Source of the DNA: Haplodiscus bocki
Lineage: Eukaryota
Reading direction: 5' to 3'
Assembly (NCBI GenBank): GCA_965655095.1
Contig: OZ296649.1
Span: 806,001-870,000 of the forward strand
DNA length: 64,000 bases
Positions 24,210 through 36,999 of the stretch are shown piece by piece (position 1 is the first letter of the stretch; every line of letters begins with the position of its first letter). The notes beneath the pieces are model-generated. The model did not search any database, was not told where the DNA came from, and was given only the letters and a program-made list of their open reading frames with translations. Made by a program: the position numbers and the translations under genes.

Positions 24210-27200
24210 CTTAAAATTAACACACAAGTTTAAAATAGGCTATTGTTCAGCAATGTACTAAGACGCGGTATAGCTGTGCAAGGTCTTAAGACAAGGTATT
24301 GCGAAGCAAGCTGTTAAGTTTAGTTCGGCAAAGTTTTACGAAAGGGTTAAGATTGGAATTCTTTTAGGAGAGAGTCTACTCGGCAGTGTATAAAGACAGC
24401 GTATGTTTCGGCAAAGTTTCAAGATAGAAAATAGTTCCGAATTCCATCAAGATAGGATGTAGATCGGCATTGTACTAATAGCGGGTATAAAGTGGCAATG
24501 TTTCAAAAAAGGGTATACTTTGGCATTGTTTCGGGACAGGGTATGTTTTAGAAATATATTACGATAGGATTGAAATTGGCAAATTACTAACATATGCTAT
24601 AGGTCAGCAACGTCTTAAGACAAGGTATAGTTTTGAAAAGGTTAGGACATGTTATAGCTCGGAATGGTACTAAGATAGAGTGTAATCCGGAATTATATAA
24701 AGACAAGATTTAATTAGGCAACGTTTTAATTCAGGGTTTATTTCGGAAAAGTTTTAAGATAGGGTTAAGATCCAACTTATATCAAGATATGCCATAGTTC
24801 AGCAAATTATTAGGGCTGGGTATTGTTGTGCACTTTTTTAAGGATAGGCTACATTTCGGAATTGTGTTAAGATAGGGTAGGTATAGTCCGTCAAGGTACT
24901 AAAACTGCAATTTAGTTAGGCAGTGTTTTAAGACAGGGTATAGTTTGGGTTTAGTTTAAGATAAGTTTTAGTTCCTGCTTATACCAAGACACGGTATAGT
25001 TAAGCAATGTGTTAAGATGGAGCGTAACTAGTCAACGTGCAGACACTTGGTAACGTTAGACAGTGCGTTAGGAGAGAGTCTAGTTCGTGAATATTTTAAT
25101 ATAGGGTATAGTTCGGATTTGTGTCAAGATAAGTTAAAGCTCGGCAAATTTTTAGGATTGCATATAGTTCAGATTTGTATTAGGATGGGGCATAGTTCGT
25201 CAAGGTACTAAGACATGGTATACTCAGCAATGTCTTAAGTTGGGGTGTAGTTCCTAAATGAAATAAAACTTAGTAAAGGTAGGCATTGTGTTAGTTCGTC
25301 AAAATTAGAAGATAGGATATATTTCCTAATTGTAATGAGATAGGGTCTAGTTCGGCAAAGTATTAAAAAAGGGTAGAGTTCGGCAGTTTATTAAGATAGG
25401 GCTGAGTTCGATAATATGTTGAAATAGCCTATAGTTGAGCAATGTATTAAAACAGGATATAGCGAGGCAAGCCGCTGAGTTAGGGCATAGTTCGGCAAAA
25501 TTTTAGGATAGGGTTTAGTTTAAACTTCTATTAAAAGAGAGTGTAGTCGGTAATGTATAAAGACAGGGTATATTCCGGCAAAGTTTCTAGATAGAAAATA
25601 TTTCCGAATTCCATCAAGATAGGATGTAGATCGGCAATGTATTAAGACCGGGTATAGTTAAGCAAGGTTTTAAAGTAGGATATACTTCGGCATTGTTTTG
25701 GGACGGGGTCTGTTTTTGGAAATGTATTGGGATAGGATTGAAATTGGCAAGTTACTAAGATAGGCTACAGTTCAGCAACGTATTAAGACAGGGTATAGTT
25801 TTGAAAAGTGTTAGGACAGGTTAGAGTTCGGATTTGTACTAAGATGGGGTGATGTTCGGCAAAGTTTTACGATGGGATGTAGTTCGGAATTGTATTAATT
25901 AGGATAGGGTTGAGTTTGACATTATATCAAGCCATGCCATAGTTCAGCATTGTACTAAGACAGAGCTTAGTTGTGCAATATTTTTGGATATTGTATAGTT
26001 CGATTTTGTATCAAGATAGGGTGGAATTCGGCAATGTATTAAGACAGGGTTTACTTAGGCAATTTTGTAAGATAGGGAATACTTCGGCGATGTTTTAGCA
26101 CAGGGTATAGTTCGGAAAGGCATTAAAATTGGTTTGAGGTTGACATTATATAAAGATTTGCTATAGCTCTGCAATATACTAAGACATGGTATTGTTGTGC
26201 ATTTTCTTAAGATAGGCTATGTTTCGATGTTTCGGAAATGTATTGAGAAAGGGTATAGTTTGGCAATGTAAAAAGAAGAGGTATAGTCCGTCAACGTACT
26301 AAGACAGCAAAATAGTTCGGCAGTGTTTTAAAATAGGGTTTAGTTTGGCAATGTAAAAAGATGGGGCATAGTTCGTCAATACACCAAAACAATGTATACT
26401 TAAGCATTGTGTTAAGATGGGGTGTAGTTCGTCAATTAAAAGAAACATGGAAACGTAGAGCATAATGTTAGGAGAGGGTGTAGTTCGTAAATGTTTTAAA
26501 ATTGGGTATAGTTCGGATTTGTCTTAAGATAGGGTAAAGTTCGGCAAAATTTTACGATTGAAAATAGTTCAGATTTGTATGAGGAATTGGGCATAGTTCG
26601 TTAAGGTACTATGACATGGTATATTGAGCATTTTGTTAGGATGGGGTGTAGTTCTTAAATGTAATAAAACTAGTACAGTTAGGCATTGTGTTAAGCGAGG
26701 TTATAGCTCGTCATTTTTACAAGATTGGGTATAGTTCGTAATTGTTTTGGGATAGGTTATACTTCGGCAACAGAATAAAAAAGGGTATAGTCCGGCAGTT
26801 TATGAAGATACGGTTTAGTTCGTCGATAAATCTAAATAGGCTATAGTTGAGCAATGTATTAAGACAGGGTACAGTTTCGAAAAGTTTAGCACAGGTTATA
26901 GTTCGGATTTGTATTAAGATGGGGTAAAGTTGGGCAAACTTTTACAAAAGGTTATAGCTTGGAATTGTATTAAGATAGAGTGTAGTCCGGAAATATATGA
27001 CGACAGGATTTAAATAGGAAATGTTTTAAGACGGTAAAATTGGGAAATGTTTCAAGACAGGGTGTAGTTCGGAAAAATTTCACGGTAGGGTTGAGTAGGA
27101 CATTATATCAAGATCTGCTTTAGCTCAGCAATGTATTAAGACAAGGTTTTGTTGTGCATATTTTAGTGACAGGCTATAGTTTGGAATTGTTTAAAGATAA

Positions 27201-30200
27201 TGTTAAGTTCGGCAATGTAATAGGATGAGGCATAGACCGTCAATGTACTAAGATGGCAATTTAGTTCAGCAGTGATTCAAGATAGGGTATAGTTTTGATT
27301 TGTCTCAAGATAGGGTAAAGTTCGTTAAAGTTTTACGATAGGGCATAGTTCGGAATTGTTTTAAGATAGGGCTGAGTTTGACATTATATCGATTTTTCCT
27401 ATATCTTAGCTTTGTCCTACGACCGAGGATAGTAGTGCAATTTTTTTGGATAATGTATAGTTCGAATTTGTATTAAGAGAGGGTTTCGTTCGGCAATGTA
27501 TTAAGATGGAGCATAGCTCCACAATGTACCAAGACGTGGTACAGCTAAGCAATGTGTTAGGAGAGTGTAGTTCGTGAGTCTTTTAATATAGGGTATGGTT
27601 CGGATTTGTATTAAGGTAGGGTAAAGCTCCGCAAAATTTTAGGATTGCATAAAGTTAGGATTTGTATTAGGATGGGGCATTGTTCGTCAAGGTACTAAGA
27701 CATGGTATTTTAAGCAATGTCTTAAGTTGGGGTGTAGCTCCTAAATGAAATAAATTTTTTTAAAGTTAGGCATTGTGTTAGGAGAGGGTATAGTTCGTCA
27801 ATGTTAGAAGATAGGTTATATTTCTTAATTGTTTTGAGGTAGGGTATAGTTCGGCAAAATATTAAAAAAGGGTAGAGTTCGGCAGTTTAATAAGATAGGG
27901 CTGAGTTCGACAATATGTTGAAATGGGCTATAGTTGAGCAATGTATTACGACAGGATATAGCGAGGCAAGCCGCTGAGTTAGGGCAAAGTTCGGCAAAAT
28001 TTTAGGATAGGGTTTATTTTAAACTTCTATTAAAAGAGAGTGTAGTCGGTAATGTATAAAGACAGGGTATATTTCGGCAAAGTTTCTAGATTGAAAATAA
28101 TTCCGAATTCCATCAAGATAGGATGTAGATCGGCAATGTATTAAGACCGGGTATAGTAAAGCAAGGTTTTAAAGTAGGGTATACTTCGGCATTGTTTTGG
28201 GACGGGGTCTGTTTTTGGAAATGTATTGGGATAGAATTGAAATTGGAAAGTTACCAAGATAGGCTACAGTTCAGCAATGTATATTAAGACAGGGTATAGT
28301 TTTGAAAAATGTTAGGACAGGTTAGAGTTCGGATTTGTATTAAGATGGGGTATTGTTCGGCAAAGTTTCACGATGGGATGTAGTTTGGAATTGTATTAAT
28401 TAAGATAGGGTTGAGTTTGACATTGTATCAAGCCATGCTATAGTTCAGCATTGTACTAAGACAGGGCTTAGTTGTGCAATATTTTTGGATATTGTATAGT
28501 TCGATTTTGTATCAAGATAGGGTGGAATTCCGCAATGTATTAAAACAGTGTTTTCCTAGGCAAATTTGTAAGATAGGGTGTACTTGGCCGATGATTTAGG
28601 ACCAGGTATAGTTCGGAAAGGCATTAAAGTAGGTTTGTGTTTGACATTATAAAATGATATGCTATAGCTCTGCAATATATTAAGACAGGGTATTGTTGTG
28701 CATTTTTTAAAGATAGGCTATATTTCGGGAATGTATTGAGAAAGGGTATAGTTTGGCAATGTAAAAAGATGAGGTATAGTCCGTCAACGTACTAAGACAG
28801 CAAAATAGTTCGGCAGTGTTTTAAAATAGGGTTTAGTTTGGCAATGTAAAAAGATAGGACATAGTTCGTCAATACACCAAACATTGTATAGTTAGGCATT
28901 GTGTTAAGATGGGGTGTAGTTCGTCAAGGAACAGAGGCATGGAAACGTAGAGCATAATGTTAGGAGAGAGTGTAGTTCGTAAATGTTTTAAAAATGGGTA
29001 TAGTTCGGATTTGCTTTAAGATAGGGTAAAGTTCGGCAAAATATTACGATTGCAAATAGTTCAGATTTGTATAAGGAATTGGGCATAGTTCGTCAAGGTA
29101 CTATGACATGGTATATTAAGCATTTTGTTAAGATGGGGTGTAGTTCTTAAATGTAATAAAACTTAGTACAGTTAGGCATTGTGTTAAGAGAGGTTATAGC
29201 TCGTAATTTTTACAAGATTGGGTATAGTTCGTAATTGTTTTGGGATAGGTTATACTTCGGCAACAGAATAAAAAATGGTATAGTCCGGCAGTTTATGAAG
29301 ATACGGTTTAGTTCGTCGATAAATCTAAATAGGCTATAGTTGAGCAATGTATTAAGACAGGGTACAGTTTCGAAAAGTTTAGCACAGGTTATAGTTCGGA
29401 TTTGTATTAAGATGGGGTAAAGTTGGGCAAACTTTTACAAAAGGTTATAGCTTGGAATTGTATTAAGATAGAGTGTAGTCCGGAAATATATGACGACAGG
29501 ATTTAAATAGGAAATGTTTTAAGACAGGGTAAAATTGGGAAATGTTTCAAGACAGGGTGTAGTTCGGAAAAATTTCACGGTAGGGTTGAGTAGGACATTA
29601 TATCAAGATCTGCTTTAGCTCAGCAATGTATTAAGACAAGGTTTTGTTGTGCATATTTTAGTGACAGGCTATAGTTTGGAATTGTTTAAAGATAATGTTA
29701 AGTTCGGCAATGTAATAGGATGAGGCATAGACCGTCAATGTACTAAGATGGCAATTTAGTTCAGCAGTGATTCAAGATAGGGTATAGTTTTGATTTGTCT
29801 CAAGATAGGGTAAAGTTCGTTAAAGTTTTACGATAGGGCATAGTTCGGAATTGTTTTAAGATAGGGCTGAGTTTGACATTATATCGATTTTTCCTATATC
29901 TTAGCTTTGTCCTACGACCGAGGATAGTAGTGCAATTTTTTTGGATAATGTATAGTTCGAATTTGTATTAAGAGAGGGTTTCGTTCGGCAATGTATTAAG
30001 ATGGAGCATAGCTCCACAATGTACCAAGACGTGGTACAGCTAAGCAATGTGTTAGGAGAGTGTAGTTCGTGAGTCTTTTAATATAGGGTATGGTTCGGAT
30101 TTGTATTAAGGTAGGGTAAAGCTCCGCAAAATTTTAGGATTGCATAAAGTTAGGATTTGTATTAGGATGGGGCATTGTTCGTCAAGGTACTAAGACATGG

Positions 30201-33200
30201 TATTTTAAGCAATGTCTTAAGTTGGGGTGTAGCTCCTAAATGAAATAAATTTTTTTAAAGTTAGGCATTGTGTTAGGAGAGGGTATAGTTCGTCAATGTT
30301 AGAAGATAGGTTATATTTCTTAATTGTTTTGAGGTAGGGTATAGTTCGACAAAATATTAAAAAAGGGTAGAGTTCGGCAGTTTAATAAGATAGGGCTGAG
30401 TTCGACAATATGTTGAAATGGGCTATAGTTGAGCAATGTATTACGACAGGATATAGCGAGGCAAGCCGCTGAGTTAGGGCAAAGTTCGGCAAAATTTTAG
30501 GATAGGGTTTATTTTAAACTTCTATTAAAAGAGAGTGTAGTCGGTAATGTATAAAGACAGGGTATATTTCGGCAAAGTTTCTAGATTGAAAATAATTCCG
30601 AATTCCATCAAGATAGGATGTAGATCGGCAATGTATTAAGACCGGGTATAGTAAAGCAAGGTTTTAAAGTAGGGTATACTTCGGCATTGTTTTGGGACGG
30701 GGTCTGTTTTTGGAAATGTATTGGGATAGAATTGAAATTGGAAAGTTACCAAGATAGGCTACAGTTCAGCAATGTATATTAAGACAGGGTATAGTTTTGA
30801 AAAATGTTAGGACAGGTTAGAGTTCGGATTTGTATTAAGATGGGGTATTGTTCGGCAAAGTTTCACGATGGGATGTAGTTTGGAATTGTATTAATTAAGA
30901 TAGGGTTGAGTTTGACATTGTATCAAGCCATGCTATAGTTCAGCATTGTACTAAGACAGGGCTTAGTTGTGCAATATTTTTGGATATTGTATAGTTCGAT
31001 TTTGTATCAAGATAGGGTGGAATTCCGCAATGTATTAAAACAGTGTTTTCCTAGGCAAATTTGTAAGATAGGGTATACTTGGCCGATGATTTAGGACCAG
31101 GTATAGTTCGGAAAGGCATTAAAGTAGGTTTGTGTTTGACATTATAAAATGATATGCTATAGCTCTGCAATATATTAAGACAGGGTATTGTTGTGCATTT
31201 TTTAAAGATAGGCTATATTTCGGGAATGTATTGAGAAAGGGTATAGTTTGGCAATGTAAAAAGATGAGGTATAGTCCGTCAACGTACTAAGACAGCAAAA
31301 TAGTTCGGCAGTGTTTTAAAATAGGGTTTAGTTTGGCAATGTAAAAAGATAGGACATAGTTCGTCAATACACCAAACATTGTATAGTTAGGCATTGTGTT
31401 AAGATGGGGTGTAGTTCGTCAAGGAACAGAGACATGGAAACGTAGAGCATAATGTTAGGAGAGAGTGTAGTTCGTAAATGTTTTAAAAATGGGTATAGTT
31501 CGGATTTGCTTTAAGATAGGGTAAAGTTCGGCAAAATATTACGATTGCAAATAGTTCAGATTTGTATAAGGAATTGGGCATAGTTCGTCAAGGTACTATG
31601 ACATGGTATATTAAGCATTTTGTTAAGATGGGGTGTAGTTCTTAAATGTAATAAAACTTAGTACAGTTAGGCATTGTGTTAAGAGAGGTTATAGCTCGTA
31701 ATTTTTACAAGATTGGGTATAGTTCGTAATTGTTTTGGGATAGGTTATACTCCGGCAACAGAATAAAAAAGGGTATAGTCCGGCAGTTTATGAAGATACG
31801 GTTTAGTTCGTCGATAAATCTAAATAGGCTATAGTTGAGCGTTGTATTAAGACAGGGTACAGTTTCGAAAAGTTTAACACAGGTTATAGTTCGGATTTGT
31901 ATTAAGATGGGGTAAAGTTGGGCAAACTCTTACAAAAAGTTTTTAGCTTGGAATTGTATTAAGATAGAGTGTAGTCCGGAAATATATGACGACAGGATTT
32001 AAATAGGAAATGTTTTAAGACAGGGTAAAATTGGGAAATGTTTCAAGACAGGGTGTAGTTCGGAAAACTTTTACGGTAGGGTTGAGTAGGACATTATATC
32101 AAGATCTGCTTTAGCTCAGCAATGTATTAAGACATTGTTTTGTTGTGCATTTTTTAGTGGCAGGCTATAGTTTGCAATTTTTTAAGACAATTTTAAGTTC
32201 GGCAATGTAATAAGATGAGGCATAGACCGTCACTGTACTAAGATTGCAATATAGTTCGGCAGTGATTCAAGATAGGGTATAGTTCTGATTTGTCTCAAGA
32301 TAAGGTAAAGTTCGTTAAAGTTTTACGATAGGATATAGTTCGCAATTGTTTTAAGATAGGATTTAGTTTGACAATATTTCGAGAATTGCTATATATTAGC
32401 CTTGTACTAAGACCGAGGATAGTAGTGCAATTTTTTAGGATAATATAAAGCTCGAAATTGTATTAGGATAGGGTTTCGTTGGGCAATGTATTAAGGTTGG
32501 GCATAGCCCGACAATGTACCAAATCATTGTATAGTTAAGCAATGTGTTAAGATGGAGCGTAGTTAGTCAACGTACAGAGACTTGGTAACGTTAGGCAATG
32601 CGTTAGGAGAGCGTGTAGTTCGTGAGTGTTTCAAGATAGGGTGTATTTCGGATTTGTGTTAAGATAGGGTAAAGCTGGGCAATGTATTAGGATGGGGTAT
32701 ATTTCGTCAATTCGCTAAGACATGGTAAAGTTAGGCAGTGGCGAAGCAATGTGGTAGGTTATGATATAGTTCGGCGAAGTTTTAGGATAGGATATAGTTC
32801 GGATTTCTATCAGGATGGGGTGTAGTTCGGCATTGTATTGGGACAGGGTATAGTAAAGCAAAGTTTCAATATACTGCATAAGTCGGCAATGTTTTGAAAC
32901 AGGGTATGAATTTTAAAAGTACTAAGAGAGGATTGAGCTCGACATTATTATAAGATATGCTGTAGTTCAGAACTGTATTAAGATAGGGTATTGTTTTGCA
33001 GTTTTTTAGGATAGGCTGCAGTTCGGAACGGTATTAAGATGGGGTTTAGTTCGGTACTGTATTAAGATGGGGCATAGTCCCTCAATGTACGAAGACGGCA
33101 AGTTATTTTGGCAGCGTTTCAAGATATGGTATGGTTCTGAATTGTATTAGGATGTGGTTTTGTTGAGCATTGTATTGAGAGAGGGTATAGTTAGTCAATG

Positions 33201-33527
33201 CTTTGAGATGGGGTAAAAATCGGCAATGCTTTATGACAGAGTATAGTCCGGAAACGTAGTAACTGAAGTTTGATTTTGTTATTTTAATAAGCATATTTGT
33301 TAAGATATGCTATAAATAGGCAATGTGCTAAGACAGGGTGTGGTTCTACAATATTTTAGGATAGGGTATAGTTTGTCATTGTACTTGGACATGGTATAGC
33401 TAGGCATTGTGTCAAGAAAAGTATATTTCGGCAATGTAGTAAGATGGGGTATAGTTCGGCCATGTGTTAACATAGGCTATAGTTACTCAATGTAACCAGA
33501 TAGGGTTGAGTTTGACAAAATTTTAAG
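24000..33527 (+). repeat. 28-bp satellite sub-array B with ~2495-bp higher-order repeat (~3 copies, ~25050-32680)
   Basis: Marker gcgaggcaagccgctgagtt at 25462, 27961 and 30456; marker cgtcgataaatctaaatagg at 26821, 29314 and 31809. Confidence 0.95.
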
Positions 33528-34089
33528 TTTAGTAGTATAAGTAATAACATGGTTTTGCGCGGGTCAATCCAGGATTCAGCAGAAGATGTCTTGCTGGTTA
33601 ATGCTGGGATTCTGGAGTTAGGTTTTAGGCATCAATTTTTCATCCACGGTCGGGGACAAACGTGCACTGAAGGGAGCCGTAGCGTTACGGTGTGTGATCG
33701 TACGGCAGAGAGGCAGGTACCTGTTACAACACGGACATTTCTTGACGACTGCAGTTTAACGGAAAAATCTTCAAAAAAAATAAAGTATGATGAAACTTGA
33801 CTGTAGCAATGCGAAAGAATTTCTGTCCAAAACATTGTAGCAAGTGTTACCCATTTCAAAATAACATACATGGAACAACCAAAAAAAGAAAGACCAGTCA
33901 GAAGCAGAAATACCCACATTAAAAGGGAATGTAGATCGCTTTTTCCACCCCAACGAATGTTTTATGATGTTTGCAGAGACTGTTGTGACCTAATGCTATG
34001 TCAAAGGAGTGTGATGAACTTTGAAAATAATATTTATAGAGTATAAATAATAACAAATAAACAACGAACGGAAATTGGAGTTGATAAAT

Positions 34090-36960
34090 TCACAAAATGA
34101 GAGATTGAGTATCGATTCCATTACTTTTTACAACCGTTTCAGAATGAAAACACAATAATTCTTTTTTATTTTGTTCTTACGGTGTGATGACGTAATCTTT
34201 GGTCCCAATACCTCAGTTTGTTGATGTAAGATACAAAGCATGATCAAGATGTCTGTAGTAATTTTCCACCAGCCATCACTGGTTTGCTCTGGTATTCGCT
34301 TTTTGAGACCTTTGCTGCTGAGCTTTATTTTGTTAGAGACAGTGTTGTTGCAGCAGTTCTAGGTTTTATTACAATAACACAGCATTATCGACCACCTGAA
34401 CTCCTCTTTGAAAAAACCAGGTTCTCGCTTGTTATTTTTTTTGTGCTCGTCAAACTACACTTCCGACAATATCAGCTGTGAACCTATGATTTTAATCTTT
34501 TGAACGCAGTCGCTCCCACTCTGATTTCGTCTCAGGTTGGATGCAGTCTTCCAGCTCTTCCTCCGCAAGAGCAAAATACAGTGAATATATGTCCATTTCC
34601 AACTCTTCGAATTTCTTTACGTCGCAAAACTTGTTGTAAAAATTTGTTGTAGAGATCCCACAAATTTTTGTACTGAAGAATCAAGAAGCCGGCAATAATT
34701 GGTTATTTTTGTTCAACCTGTGCTTGGGCGAGTTAAACTTCATGTGACGAATTGTTCAAATGATCAATTTTCTTGAGCAATTTTTTATCAATAGCTTCAT
34801 GTGTGTTTCCGTCGCTGTGATACTTCGTCATAGTGTGTCGGCTGCAGTCTTTAATCTGGTAAAAATAAGAGCTTTTGGCAAGCGCATTGCCTCTGTGACG
34901 GCACTTGAGTCAAGAATCTTGTCACCTTTTCTTCTGAGATTCACTACTGACTGTACAAAAGTGTCAAAACTGTTCTCTGGAAAGTACTCAACAAAGCGGT
35001 GCATTTTCAACAAACTAGCCTCAATTGTAGGTGGAACATCATCAGAAGAGTAAAGTGAAACACATTTTAATTTGTGAAGCTTAATATCAACGTTTTCCAA
35101 AGTATAGACAATTATCCATCTTCTTCGGCATAGTTTATTCAGGGTTCTTATATCATTTTTGCTAACTAAAATGTTTTGAGTATTATCAAGGGACATAATA
35201 TTTGACAGGAACAAAAATGACAAGAGCAACACTTTGCCTTGAACGCAGTGCTACAATGAGAAAAAAATCCATCAACACTAAAATAGTCAGTTTTTTGTCA
35301 ATCTCTAGTATAGAAGGTTCCGAATTTACTTTCCAGTTGAAAAAAAGGCCGTAGTTTGAGAGCTACGGGTCTAGCTCTGTCGAAACGTGAATCTACCAGT
35401 CTCTGAATCCAGATCCCGAAAATTATAAGGACCGGTCCTCCTTGGTGGACACATCGAGTAGAGTTATCGGTAGGTAGCATCAAGCGCAACAATTGATTTG
35501 CATTTATTTGTAGGTTTTCGGACAGAAGTTTATCATCCATTGCTTTTCTGGTGATAACGATGGATGGAAAAGTAACAGCATCTTCCCGATGTTCTTCAAA
35601 AGGTCTCTATGTCCCTTCATGATGGGATAAATTTTTGCATCTTTAGGTTTGTGTGGACAAATGTAGGACAGGTTTTGTAATGCACAACTGAGTTTCAATA
35701 TATCGATATCTTTGTCGCGGTAAAAAGTAACCTTTTTTGGCATTGCCTCCGAAGTTGGAACAAAAATTTTGTTTGTATACCAGCGCAAAAAAAATCTTTG
35801 AAGCAGCTCATTTGTTCCTCCTCCATATTTGTTGCAGTTATTGATAATTCTCAATTACAGTAGGGGGGTGGCTTTGATAGTTCCAAGTTGATAACGTCTT
35901 GTCCTGGGTTCAATCCACTCTTCAATAGGTTTACATAGTCTTTGTATTCAGCCTCATGAGTGTTACAGCTTTGAAAATTTTTGTAAAATGCGTCATACGG
36001 GGGAAACTCTGTGCTTTTTATATTGTCAGGGTGATCAAACCATTCGTAGGGGAAAAAGTCTCCACTTTCTCAAGCTTTGTCTGCTTTAAAGAAGCAATCC
36101 AGACTGGCTGTTCCGCAAAGAAAAGTGAACATATCCAAAATCTTCACAACACCGATTTCAAATAGGAACAGTAGGTTTAAATTCACGTTCGTTAATGAGA
36201 ATGGGTAACGATTATGATTTAATGACATCGAGATCATAAGTTTCACTACTGAAACAAAACACAGATAAAACATTTCAATAAGATTCCAAAGACTTCTGAA
36301 GTTCAATTAATTGTTTTCCTTGTATCTGTAAGAACTTAGTGGAAGCACATTTTTGATTCTCACTATCGATCTAGCTGGGTTTTGTTTTCATGTGCGAAAA
36401 AATATTTCAATCCTCCATCTTCCATAGTTTTCAATATGAACCCAAAAGCTAGATTCACTTCCGCTGAACATTTTAAGTTGTTGAAAAAATTATCCCCATT
36501 TATCATCGAGTATTTTTGTGCTGAGGTTTTCTGTTGCATAATTGTATACTTTGTGTCTCACGCTTTCAAGTTTTCGGGTAAAGAATGTACGGGGACATGT
36601 TGATTTGAACACAACTCCTCCTTTATTTTCGTATCATTAACTTGGTTGATGATATATTAAGGATCAAGATTTACCGCCTTGATAGGAATGCCATTTTGAG
36701 TATTTTTTTGTTAACGATAAGAGTAAAGGCCTGGAAACTCTTCGTAACAAAGTTTACACTTGAAAGTAACATTAGGTTGTGGTATGCTCTGCTTCCTAAC
36801 ATTGTGATATTTCCGACATTTTTCTGATTTTGCGAAGAAAACGAGACACCTGGTACAATACGCTGTCCCGGTAAAACAACTGTTTTTATGTCGAGCGAGA
36901 TTGATTTGTTTAATTTGGTTACCACAAAAATCGCAAGAAGTTGCGATTGAAAGAAGGCGT
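34090..36960 (-). pseudogene. Maverick pPolB copy B, collinear but internally deleted and frameshifted
   Basis: N-terminal Cys/His region near 36900; FLCGTASLDCFFKA; FVPTSEAMPKKVTFYRDKDIDILKL; HRFVEYFPENSFDTFVQSVVNLRRKGD; KFEELEMDIYSLYFALAEEEL (motif C); EPGFFKEEFR. Confidence 0.9.
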
Positions 36961-36999
36961 TTTAGTACTTACACATGTAAAGATTGAAGTAACTTGACG

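Noticed and set aside
12825-33527. CRISPR array (leader plus ~28-bp repeats)
   Set aside because: Monomers are contiguous and divergent with no unique spacers; no cas genes; eukaryotic context.
13020-33527. Telomeric repeat (ATAGGG/TTAGGG within monomers)
   Set aside because: Only one such hexamer per 28-bp unit; no tandem TTAGGG runs.
33531-33536. AGTAGT Maverick terminus at the satellite junction (also at 3411)
   Set aside because: No matching ACTACT end, TIR or 6-bp TSD found; a hexamer is expected by chance.
33549-33960. ORFs between the satellite and pPolB copy B as a second DEDD-like gene
   Set aside because: Similarity too vague to support a call.
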